A DNA stretch of 63,622 nt, counting the filler, from Craspedostauros australis (lineage: Eukaryota): NCBI GenBank assembly GCA_030167865.1. It is 10 parts of 10 records of this genome, joined end to end, with 100 filler letters (N's around TTAATTAATTAA, not from the genome) between each part and the next. Parts side by side here need not be neighbours in the genome. Positions count along the whole stretch, not along the records: positions 1 to 12,299 come from JALAGF010006253.1; positions 12,400 to 20,800 come from JALAGF010006254.1; positions 20,901 to 36,818 come from JALAGF010006255.1; 7 more parts are not named here. One strand, 5' to 3'. The notes below the pieces were generated by a model. That model searched no databases. It saw nothing but the letters and a program-made list of their open reading frames with translations, and was not told the DNA's origin. A program made the translations under genes and the position numbers. Positions 10,698 through 21,095 of the stretch are shown here, in pieces. The first letter of the stretch is position 1; the number at the start of each line of letters is the position of its first letter.

Positions 10698-12299
10698 TGA
10701 TGTGACGAAGCGATGTGATTACGAGCGTGAGCATTTGTGTGAGTACGAGTAAATCGTGGTTAGTTTGAAGATCATTGACACAGCCACAGCCACAGCCCAA
10801 ACCACAGCGACGACGACAACAAGAGGCAAAGAGGACAGGCAATTCATTGCACTCATCCGCCCTCCGTCACATTGCCACCTTCAGGTAATCGTTGCCATTT
10901 CAGTTCACGGAGAGGACTGTGGGGCACTTACCCGTGGGTGTTCCAGCAGCATCTTGGCATGCTTCAGAATTCCCGCTTTCAGCACCTCTTGTGTCTGCAT
11001 GTCGTTGCCTGTGACGAAGTTACCCAAGCATCGGACAGTTGGTGTGAGGATTGCCGACGATGGATTCTCCAACAGTCCCACGAGTGTTTGCGTGATGTCG
11101 CTGTCGCTGTCCATCACCTTCTGGATGCTTTCGTCTTCGCCGCCGCTGATGTACGACAGGCCCCAGACGGCGTCCACCTTCACTTCCTCGGTGCATTCCG
11201 GGCGACTAAGAAGGAACGACAATGGCTTGATGACTTCTTGAATGATCTCCAGGCTTGGTGCGGGCTTTCCACGGCAGAGATTGGAGATGGCCCAAGTCAC
11301 GTTGGCCAAGAGCGACAAATTCTGTGGCTGCTGGATGTTGAGGATCATCGGCGCGAGGACTTGCTGCTGCAAGAGGAAGTCTCTGTAGGCTGGGTTGTCG
11401 CCAGCAATGTTGCCAAGCGCCCATCCGCACTGTTCGCGGATGTTGGGGTTGTCATTGCGCATGTGCTTGATGAGGGATGCGACAACGCCGCTCTCCACGA
11501 CGACGTTGGTAAGGTCAGTGGAACTGCAAGGTGGAGATCATCGTGATCGACATCGATATCGTCGTCGCCGTTCCATTTTATATGTGGCGGAGATTGTTGC
11601 AGCGGTTGCGAGTATCATCGTAGGCATGGTGGGAGAAGAGAAGATGACGTGAGATCGATTGCAAAGTGTCATAAGAGTCAGGACAAACGGAGAGAGTCAT
11701 CACTATCCACTCTCCATCGTGAACGCGTGGTCGTTTCGTCGTTCATTGAACATCCATCGCGTGCATCCGAGCATGCGAAATGAGAATGGAGGTGTACGTC
11801 CATTCTGCTTCGAGCCATCATGCTCGCACATTGCGCCGTCGTCAATAATATCCCTACTTACGCGATGTTTGTCAACGCCCACGCGGTTTCGAACACGAGA
11901 TCAGCCGGTGCTTCGTCGTCGCTCATGTACTGCACGAGGAGCTGCATGGCTCCAGACTCCACCACCTGATGCACTGGCGGGTTGTGCTCCACCGATAGCA
12001 TTCGACGGATATTTTTGACGCACTGGATTCTGTTTTGTTCCGTGCAGCCTGGGTTGCGGAGAGATGTCATGATCTGCGGCAAGTCAGCGACAGTTGGTGT
12101 CGTCGCAACTGCGCCGGTCGACTCCATGGTTGCGGGTTGCGATGCGGACGCGGCTGGGGTGCGTGTGCGGCGCTTGCTCATCTCGTCTTCCTTCTTCTGC
12201 TTGCGCAGCATGGTTCTTGTTTCCTCTCGACGGCGGCGACTTTCCGCCAGGTTAGCTCCTGCCGGCTTGAAAGCCTTGCGTCGGTCTGCTCCATCGTCG
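9253..12299 (-). CDS. IMPA: Importin subunit alpha (karyopherin alpha), 5'-truncated at the contig edge, with a divergent duplicate of the 3' exons
   Basis: IBB domain (RRRREE..LRKQKKEDEMSKRR) and ARM repeats (ETAWALTNIA, EQCGWALGNIAGD, NVTWAISNLCRGKP, ETCWLLSNIAAG). GTAAGT..CAG introns at 11861-11524 and 10931-10647. A second exon2-end/intron/exon3 copy spans 10299-9253. Confidence 0.92.
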
Positions 12300-12343
12300 N
12301 NNNNNNNNNNNNNNNNNNNNNNNNNNNNNNNNNNNNNNNNNNN

Positions 12344-12355
12344 TTAATTAATTAA
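12344..12355. other. Artificial contig-joining linker TTAATTAATTAA in N runs; also at 20845, 36863, 42181, 46251, 50797, 52690, 56759, 61818
   Basis: Identical six-frame-stop 12-mer flanked by similar-length N runs, nine times. Confidence 0.97.
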
Positions 12356-12399
12356 NNNNNNNNNNNNNNNNNNNNNNNNNNNNNNNNNNNNNNNNNNNN

Positions 12400-14350
12400 A
12401 GGTGGATCACTCCATCGGCGTCGGAGTACTCAATCACTGACAGTATAGCCTGATGCTTGGCTACCAGACCTTCTCTGAATTCGGCCTTCTTTCGTGACAT
12501 CTGTTCGTACTTTTTGTCTGGTAGGAACCTGANGTTGGTTGCTCCTGGTCGCTCTTCCCTNGTGTTGAACAGATTGGCCACCTCGGTGACTGCGCTGTAT
12601 GCNTGNGATCGTTCGACTTCGAGTTTGACTGCCCTCCANGGTTGCACTGTCCAGTGCCTCTTGCCNTCTCTGTACTTCTCTCTGGTTTCCGTGCTGACCT
12701 GAACAATGTTTTTGATCTTGCCTCCCACTCGGATTTGGCTGTTGTTGCGTCGGAGGCTTCTGTTGATGATGTCAACTGTGCCATCGACGTCGGTGAACCC
12801 TCCGGAGTACAGCAGGAATCCGATTTCTTTGACTTCTTCTGCATCCTGGAGCTGCGCCTCGTACAACCCTTCGTGTTCATTGTAGTAGTAGGCGTTGAGT
12901 TCTGAGTTCCTGTCGGCCGTGATGTCGAATGGGTTTTCCCTGGTGGTAATGCGTACTTTGGCGTAGGTGATTCCAGTCTCGCCGGACGGTGCTCGGAGTC
13001 CGGGGAAGAATGTTCGAAGTTCGTCCATTCTTTCTGGAATCTGCCCGGAGTGTGCAATGTGCGGTCCCGTGTTGCTGGACTCTCTCCATGGCAGTATCAC
13101 CGCGGACGGATCGATTCTGCGGACTTGTCTGAACCAGCGTCGGATGCGATCTCGGACTGCTGCCGTTGTGTCTTCCTCGGTTCTGTCGACGTTGAGCTTG
13201 ATGGTGAATCGGGTCGTGAATTCGTGTCTTGGCGGCGCNNNNNNNNNNNNNNNNNNNNNNNNNNNNNNNNNNNNNNNNNNNNNNNNNNNNNNNNNNNNNN
13301 NNNNNNNNNNNNNNNNNNNNNNNNNNNNNNNNNNNNNNNNNNNNNNNNNNNNNNNNNNNNNNNNNNNNNNNNNNNNNNNNNNNNNNNNNNNNNNNNNNNA
13401 GTCTGTGGTGCTCTTCGGCGATTTGAATCTGGTTCTCTTCGTTGGCTGTCTGCTGGTATATGAGTCGCTGTCGGTGCTGAGCGATTCTGTGTTCAGATGC
13501 GTTGGCATTGAGGCTGCGGCTGGTCCATGTGATTCTTTTGGGTCAGTTGGGGAATCATCATTGGATTGTAGCGTGAGCCCTCCCATGCGTGTTTCGTTAC
13601 CATCGGCGTCTTCGGCAGGTGCTGTCCCTAGGTCGTAGTTGGATCCGAGGACTCGGTTCGCTGCTTTCCAGACTTTGACTGCGCGTGCGCTTTTCACTGT
13701 GCCGTTGCTGTTGAGATGTGCGCGGAATACTTCGTGTGGGTTGGTAGATGCCACATTGAGCACGAANNNNNNNNNNNNNNNNNNNNNNNNNNNNNNNNNN
13801 NNNNNNNNNNNNNNNNNNAAGGCGGTCACTCTGCCATCTGCAAGGTCCCTGAAAAAGTGCTCCCACTGCTTGATTGTTGGATTCTCTCGGTCCGCTGTTG
13901 CCTCGTCTGCGTTATACCATATCGCTCGCGCCCTCCATGCTGCCTTCGCGGCTCTGTCGATGGATCCGTCGCCGGTGGCTTTCTTGAATGGTACTACTTC
14001 GACGCCTGTCTTGTTGGCTGCTGTCTTGAACGTGTTGGATCGAGGTCTGTATGTGATGGACACATCGTCGGGGTCGTTCTCCTCCATTCCGCCGTCGTAT
14101 GGGATCGCTCTTTTTGCTTGCCGTCGAGCTCGGTGCTGGTTGCTTGCATCTATACTTCCTTTGGCTGGGGGTTTGTCGGGCTCCTTGGTCGGAGGCTCCA
14201 AAGTTGGTACTTCCTCGGGTTCGGTCTCTTCGCGGTGGCTCGTGTTGGGTTGGTTGTTCGAAGTCATTTTGCTTTGCTGTTGTTTGTGTTGTGTTAGGGG
14301 ATTAATTAGTTTTTATTTTTCTTTGGTTTGGTTTGTCGGAATTCCGATTC
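12400..14350 (-). mobile_element. Probable 5' end and ORF1 of a non-LTR retrotransposon (LINE, possibly Ambal-like); ORF starts at 14267
   Basis: Short A-rich leader, then a gapped ORF over 600 aa with disordered N-terminus and RFTIKLNV...WFRQVRRIDPSAVILPW...GFLLYS motifs resembling diatom LINE ORF1. It abuts and appears to truncate the neighbouring gene. RT is not seen because the contig ends. Confidence 0.55.
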
Positions 14351-15781
14351 TATGACAATGACAACGACAACAACAACAACAACAACGACGATCCGCAACA
14401 AGCAGATGCAAGCACAGCTGCAGACATTGCCGGAAGCGTAACACCAAGCGACAACGATGGCAGATGGATCATCCTGGGTGGCATGAAGATGACATGGCTG
14501 CTCGTCGAGCTGTACATGACCTTCTGCTGCTTCCTGATCTCTGATATCTTGGTCCGCGATGACCTCCGAGACTGGAGATACTCTAAACTGCAATATTGGG
14601 TTGTATCCATCGGTCTGTCATCAGTGCTGCTAGTGATATCCAGCATCCTACTCAAGTGGGTGATGATCGGCAAGAAGAGACCGGGCAAAGCAAGGACCGG
14701 TATCTGGAGTGAATTCGCAGACTGGGCATGCGACTATCACTTCGACCGAGCATGCTTGATACTCTATGGTCTGACCACCAATTCGATCATTTGGAACCTG
14801 GTCCACATGGCTCATGGACTGGACATCGATCTGCGATCAAAGATCTTCGGTGACAGCTTCCATCCATCCGAAGTCGACCTCATCACCATCCGACGATCGT
14901 TCGTATCCATCGTCACCTTCCACACCAAGGAAAACGGTAAATATGGGAGAACCACGATCGAGGACAGCAGCATCGGGATGCTGACTACTTGCGCGCCGCG
15001 TGTGACAGTCCGCAATGCTTTGGTCTCACCACAGACACACATCACAGAGAGCATCATCCATCCAAAGCCCGATCCGCGCAACGAAAGAATATCAGATTTG
15101 AAATTGACCCGGATTATTGTGGCGAGCACATTGCTGTACGTTGTCATGTTGCTCGTTGCGGCAATCAGCTTCGTCCCAGCCTTTGAGCTATGGATGAATG
15201 TTGTCAAGCCACAATCATCAGTCGAGGCGGCCCCATTGGTAGTGCTATCGGTCATCATCCAGACCATTGTGTGGACCATGCTCTTGCGTGTGCACTCGCT
15301 GATCACATTCGCGGGAAGCAATGAGCGAACGACGCCATGGTGTTTGCCGCTGTACATGGTGTACCAATCATTCACTTACTCCGTCCACAATTGGTCGCTG
15401 TATCCCATCCTCTCGGGAACACCGATGATCAACAGCGTTCTCCGCTTTCGTGGGGTCAACGTTGAAGGTCGCTTGCTGTACTTCGGCTTCCGCCTCTACG
15501 AGCCGACATACGTCACCTTCGCAGATGGATGCGTCGTCGACGAGTGTTTAATCAGCGGCCACTGTGGTATATTCTCCCAACTGACTTTGGGGAAGTCGTA
15601 CGTCAGCGGAGTGTTGCATCGAAATTGTGCTGTCATGATGGTGGCGAAGACAGCAGCAACAGCGGACAAAGCAAGGTTGGCTGAACACGGACCTCAGCAT
15701 CTCCTCATGAACTCGGAGCAATCGCTGGGTGGAAGGCAATCGCAAGCCTCCCAGGAGATGGTCCATTCAGATACAGCTTGA
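14351..15781 (+). CDS. C-terminal part of a Pls/PosA-like (TIGR02353-type NRPS terminal domain) multi-pass membrane protein with left-handed beta-helix repeats; 5' part missing
   Basis: TM pairs followed by LLKWVMIGKKRPG, PSEVDLITI and TTIEDSSIG; a second TM pair, then ILSGTPMINSVLRFRGVNV and EPTYVTFADGCVVDECLISGH. These match the KW..IG...PG and GTP.....R..G motifs of this domain. Confidence 0.7.
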   Translation, partial: YDNDNDNNNNNNDDPQQADASTAADIAGSVTPSDNDGRWIILGGMKMTWLLVELYMTFCCFLISDILVRDDLRDWRYSKLQYWVVSIGLSSVLLVISSILLKWVMIGKKRPGKARTGIWSEFADWACDYHFDRACLILYGLTTNSIIWNLVHMAHGLDIDLRSKIFGDSFHPSEVDLITIRRSFVSIVTFHTKENGKYGRTTIEDSSIGMLTTCAPRVTVRNALVSPQTHITESIIHPKPDPRNERISDLKLTRIIVASTLLYVVMLLVAAISFVPAFELWMNVVKPQSSVEAAPLVVLSVIIQTIVWTMLLRVHSLITFAGSNERTTPWCLPLYMVYQSFTYSVHNWSLYPILSGTPMINSVLRFRGVNVEGRLLYFGFRLYEPTYVTFADGCVVDECLISGHCGIFSQLTLGKSYVSGVLHRNCAVMMVAKTAATADKARLAEHGPQHLLMNSEQSLGGRQSQASQEMVHSDTA

Positions 15782-16474
15782 GGCCGCACGACGCAATAGC
15801 GACATCATTCACCATGGAGTTAAGAAGTAGAGAGCTTCACGATCGGGAGATTGAGCTGCGATGATTGCAGTCGGATCAGTGGGCGCAGCAATGGAGAGTG
15901 AGAAATTCACTGTAAAATCACTAACTCTCTCCACAGAGCACTCTTCTCTCGCCCACTATTGCCGTAGCTACTTCCAACAGACATGGTTTTGCGAATCCAT
16001 CCTCAGTGGCGCATCAATGCTGAACGCTCGGTGGCGGTTCCTCGTTCTCTCCGCAGCCGATGATGCCGTACTGATAGTACCATCGTTGTGTTGACATTGC
16101 ATTGGAACCTGTGGTCGCGTTTGTTTGCAAGACGAAAAGATGATGCCGATTGCTGCATGCTGACTAGGATCAAGCTTACGTATCACAGTGTGGGTTTTTG
16201 AGGTTGGCGAGACAGCCGGTATCGCCTTGTCGATCACAAATGCAGCTGTTGCTGTTCGTCGTCGTCGCCACTACCGGAAGGGGGTGAATTCGTCTGGTGC
16301 CACTCGCACGGTGCAAGACACGGATTATCGCCCTTGCTGCAGCTCATCTTGGGACAGCGACACTGGACGCTCCAATGCGAGGAACTGTTGCAAATCGAGT
16401 TGCTGGAGGGAGGCGGATTGCGTTCGAAGTTGCGGCATCATGAGCGAGAAGAGCAGATGGAGAACGGGAGACGA

Positions 16475-16562
16475 CCAACCACCAACCACCAACCACCAAC
16501 CACCAACCACCAACCACCAACAACCAACAACCAACAACCAACAACCAAGAGCCAAGAGCCAA
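16475..16562. repeat. 7-bp minisatellite (CAACCAC/CAACAAC/CAAGAGC)n
   Basis: Directly visible tandem array with gradual unit change. Confidence 0.9.
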
Positions 16563-17039
16563 CATGGCACAACAGCTTGTTCGGACACCAAAAAAAGAAA
16601 CAAGAGATCTCTCCTTTCACTCGCTACCGGCATTGAACCAGCAGTATCGTACGAGCAGGGCCGAGACTCCGATACCCCCTTTAAACTCACAATACATCAA
16701 TGGACATAGAATGAACCCCGTAGATTCGCACACATCACCAATTGCCCGTCCCCCAATGCAAACGCTCTCTGCACGCACATAGATACATACAGTACTCATG
16801 CGGGTGTGCTCGTGTTCCACTGAGCACGAGTATAGTGCACACGCATGATAGTCTTTGTCACAAAAGCAACCAGAACAGCATTCCCGCAGTAGCTTTGTTT
16901 GGTGCTGCCGCGTTGCCTGCAGCATATGAATATACATAGAGTACTCGTAGTGCTCTGTGTAGTGCTGTAGCCTTGTGGCATTGTTGTGCATGATACAGAT
17001 AGATCCTGCCCAAGTCCGAACACCTGCCACGATCCCATG

Positions 17040-19040
17040 CCTCATGCGCTATACCTCATGCATACTCGTACACATGTGAGCCATGGGATACCATTTCCTT
17101 GGATCTCCACGTTTTGCTTTTGCAGTCTATCTCCGAGTACAGACGCTTCACATGATTGGCCCAATGCCGCAGACCTGAGGCATGCGTCTTCGTCTTCGTC
17201 CCATGCTCCAGCTGGTCCACCGCGTCCGGTTGCAGTATCTCGGCCTGCTCCTGCTCCACCGCCAGCTTGATGATGTCCTGCTTCATCTACGCCATCAGTT
17301 CGCAATTGTTGCCATCGTAGGGAGCAACCACGGCCAATAGGCCCTCGTTCTGGGACCGCAGTTGCTCAAATTCGGTAGCCAGTGTGTAGGTACCACACAG
17401 ACTGCTGTCCTTCTTGCTGATCTCCTCTTCGAATTCTCTCAATTGCTTCTCCATGCTTGCCATCTGCGATTGGAGCAGGTTCATCTGCTCGCCTCTGTCA
17501 GAGGTGGCGCCGCGTGCGGAGGGTAACTTGCGACGCACGCCGGACTCTCTCGTGCTGGATTTGAACTCAGCGATCGCCTGCTGATGCTTCAGATCGTGAA
17601 TCTCGTTCTCCCACAAATGCGCATGGAGTCAAAGTCCATCTTGAAGGTCGAACAGCGAGGATTCAATTTCGGACAGCTTGTGCTTCATCGCCTCCAGGTC
17701 ATTCCATGATGATGCGCTGATGATTCGCAGAGGAACTCAAGCTCGCGGATCCTTCCTCGTTCCATCATGGCAGGAGCGGCCATTTCATGTCATTGAGGGA
17801 TGGTGCACCACATCGATCGTCTCCGCACCACCTTGCGATCCTTGCATGGCGTTTCTGAGATATGTCTGCAGATTCAGGATGACTGCGCCCTTCTGCTCCA
17901 CCGTAGCCTGCTGATCCGACAAGCTGCATTTCAGACATCCAACGCGATTCTGCAAGTCGCTGGTCAGGCCCATCTGCGTGTTCTGGTTCCGGTTCTGATT
18001 CTGGAGTTGGACCAGGGCCTGGTCGAGCTGTCGCGACAACGAGGCATATCGATCGTCAAGAGCCTGGCTTTCTCCAGCCAACCTCCACATCTGCATCTGC
18101 ATCTCGGCGAGACCATCTGAGTCTCACTTGCAACCTTGCTCTCCTCGAGGTTAGTGAGGTCACGTTGGAGACCTGTGATGATGTCACCCAGCATTGCTTG
18201 CAACTGTCCAACATGATTCATTTGTTCACGCAGCTCGTTGCGCTCTTGGGTACCTGTTTCGAGCTCTGTCACAGACTGCAGATCCGAGTTGGTCTGACAA
18301 AGAGCCTCCACTTCTTCGTCAGAAATCGTACCGCTGGACTGCGACGCAGCCTGAGCATGTCCCAACTCGATGATCGTAGCGTCCCTCTCTTTGGTTGCAT
18401 GCTGCAGCTTGATAATGAAATGTTCACTGGAATTCATCTGCTCTCCTTGAGGTTGGCAAGGCCACATTGAAGAATTTCAACGGTACCATCCAGCATTGTG
18501 ACTGCCCCACATGATTCATTTGCTCACGCAGCTCGTTGCGCTCTTGGGTGCCTGTTCAAGTTCTGCATGCAGACTGCAAACCTAAGTTGATCTGACGAAG
18601 AGCCTTCACTTCTTCGTCAGGCAACCCACGCCAGACTGCGATGCAGCCTGCGAATGTCCCAACTCGATGATTGCAGTGCCTCTCTCTCTCTCTCTTTGGT
18701 TGCATGCTGCAGCTTGATGACATGCTGTTCACCAGCATATCTTAGCTCTCAGCTTGCAGGGCCTCATTGTCTCCATCGGTCTCTCCTTCGGCGTTGAAGA
18801 CTCCTTGAGTTTTGATCTGAAATGCATCAAGGTGTGATCTGGCCTCCTGTATGGCAGAGGCAAGGTCACTTCCATGGCCTGGATTGGATTGCTGGTGCGT
18901 GCGCAACACTGGTTGATGCCTTCAACCTTCTCCGCTTGCTCCTTCGCCGCAATGGTCACTTGTTCCATAGTACAAATCGTGGAAATCTCCTTCTTGGCAT
19001 TGTTGGTCATCACCTCCTTTGCCTTGAGCAGCTCCACAAT
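17040..19040 (-). pseudogene. Decayed coiled-coil protein gene with internal duplication (about 18181-18440 vs 18500-18730)
   Basis: Overlapping short ORFs rich in E/Q/L heptads (NLLQSQMASMEKQLREFEEE, SLSRQLDQALVQLQ, EEVEALCQTNSDLQ) broken by frameshifts and stops. Confidence 0.5.
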
Positions 19041-19119
19041 GCGTGCTTTGTCCTTGGGGGACTGTGCATGGAGCTAAGCGACCGTCAGAGCATGTTGGCT
19101 TGCGACAGTTGCCACATGA

Positions 19120-19760
19120 GAAGCCTCTCAATGTCGACTCGCACATCCCCATCGGTGTCTCCAACCTTCCCACAAGCTGCTGCTCCCCTCCTGTGTTCAT
19201 GGCTGTGAGGCTTTTCACACAGGGACAGTCATGTACCAAGCCTGATCGATCAACCTGGACAGACTGGAGCAATGGTGCTTGTGGTTGGATTGAATTGGCC
19301 TCCAAAGATGATGCTTGGGCATTGTGAGTGGCTGGTCCAAGTTCGGCATCGTTGAGTTCGCTGGTGTTGGACAGTGTTGGACAGTGTTGGACCTGTGCCA
19401 TGGGTTGTTGCCACCATGGCATCATTCTTGCTGAAGTTGAAGCTGATGATGAAGTGGAAGATGAAGCCATCAAGATCTGCTGCTGCAGAAGCCTCTTGAT
19501 GTCAACTTGCACATCCTCATTTGGTGTCTCCAACCCTTCCACAAGCTGCTCCCCTCCTGTGTTCATGGTGGTGAGGCCTTTCACACAGGGACAATCATGT
19601 ACCAATGCTGATTGAGCAACCCAGACAGACTGGAGCAATGGCACTTGTGGTTGGATTGGCCTTCGAAGATGATGCTTGATCGTTGTGAGTGGCTGGTCCA
19701 AGTTTGGCATTGTTGAGTTTGCCAGTGTTGGACAGTGTTGGACAGTGATGGACCTGTGCC
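19120..19760. repeat. Two divergent direct copies of a ~280-bp unit (about 19120-19400 and 19488-19760) in CpG-depleted decayed DNA
   Basis: Shared GGTGTCTCCAACC..CCACAAGCTGC..GACAGACTGGAGCAATGG..GGCTGGTCCAAGTT..GTGTTGGACAGTGTTGGACAGTG blocks. Confidence 0.8.
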
Positions 19761-21095
19761 ATCGTTTGTTGTGACCCCACTCTTATCCCATTGTCAGTGT
19801 TGCTGTTGTTTTGTGCGCCATCCCCTGTGTGGCCCAGTGTGCATCCCATTGGCAGGATTGCTGATGTTTCATGTGGCATCCCCTTGTGTGTCCCCTTAGG
19901 ACATTGTTCCCGTGTCTGTACCGGTTTCACCATTTCTGATATTTCATATTGTGACTCTTGCTTCTTCCCTTCTTGATGATTGCCTCTGCACCTGTACCCA
20001 TTGCCAGCATTGCTGATATTCATGTGCCGTCCCATTGTGCAACCCTGTAAATTGCATGATATCCGAGCTTGCCACCAAGTAGGTGGACACCCTGGTGGAG
20101 CTTGCAGCAATAGTGTCAAGCATGCATCGACGAACAGATCAAAGCTACTTGGGATCGTGCCATCATCGTCGTTGTCGCTCATGTTATCGTCATGTTGACT
20201 GAAGGCATGAGGTGCGGTAGCAAGAGTAAATTTGGGGGCATCTGCTCGCTTTGCTATCTTGCTGCCCTGCTGTCTCCTTTCAGAATGTGGTCGATGACGA
20301 TAATGCTCTTCCACCATCGAGAGTTTCATGGTGCCCATTCTGCTCCAGTTCTTGCCATCAAGACCCAAGGTTGGGCCAAAATCAGTTGCTTGGGTGGCAA
20401 TGAGGTGGCTGAAATGGTCCATACCATTGTTGGATGCGCCCAGCTCTTTCTCTGATGACGAACTGTTGATGGGGCCTGTTGGAAATCCGGGGTACCCCAG
20501 TCTCTAGTTGTAGTCTCTGGTTACCTATTCCTGTTATTGCATTGTTGGAACTGTGAGTACAATATCATCACTTTCAATTCCATTTGCCAAAGCATACATA
20601 ATCCACAGTAGCACACAGTCTTGCCCTTGCTCATGCAGTGCTGTCCTCCTGCTTCATCATGTCATGCAGCATGTACTCCATGTACATCTCATCTTGCAGT
20701 ATTGGTTCATCTCATTATGCATCTCATCATGCATCTCAGATATCCCATCTCCTGCCCTCTACCAATAGTTTCATTAGCGTAGACATCGCCGAGTCGTAGG
20801 NNNNNNNNNNNNNNNNNNNNNNNNNNNNNNNNNNNNNNNNNNNNTTAATTAATTAANNNNNNNNNNNNNNNNNNNNNNNNNNNNNNNNNNNNNNNNNNNN
20901 TCAGCAGAGACAACAGAGACGAGTCATAATAACTTCACATCACACACACACACACACTACTCGTATCGTCTCCCGATCATCACATGTAGACACTCAATCG
21001 AACATCTCTTTGCATCTACCTAAACTTAAGACTCAGGGCTATCCAGGAAAGCAATAACATTATCTTGTTGTTACTACCATCTTGTCGATCTTTAT

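Noticed and set aside
12300..12399. Recurring palindromic TTAATTAATTAA as a biological repeat or piggyBac site
   Set aside because: Always embedded in N runs; a standard six-frame-stop contig linker. Adjacency across it is not evidence of linkage, and ORFs ending LIN are artefacts.
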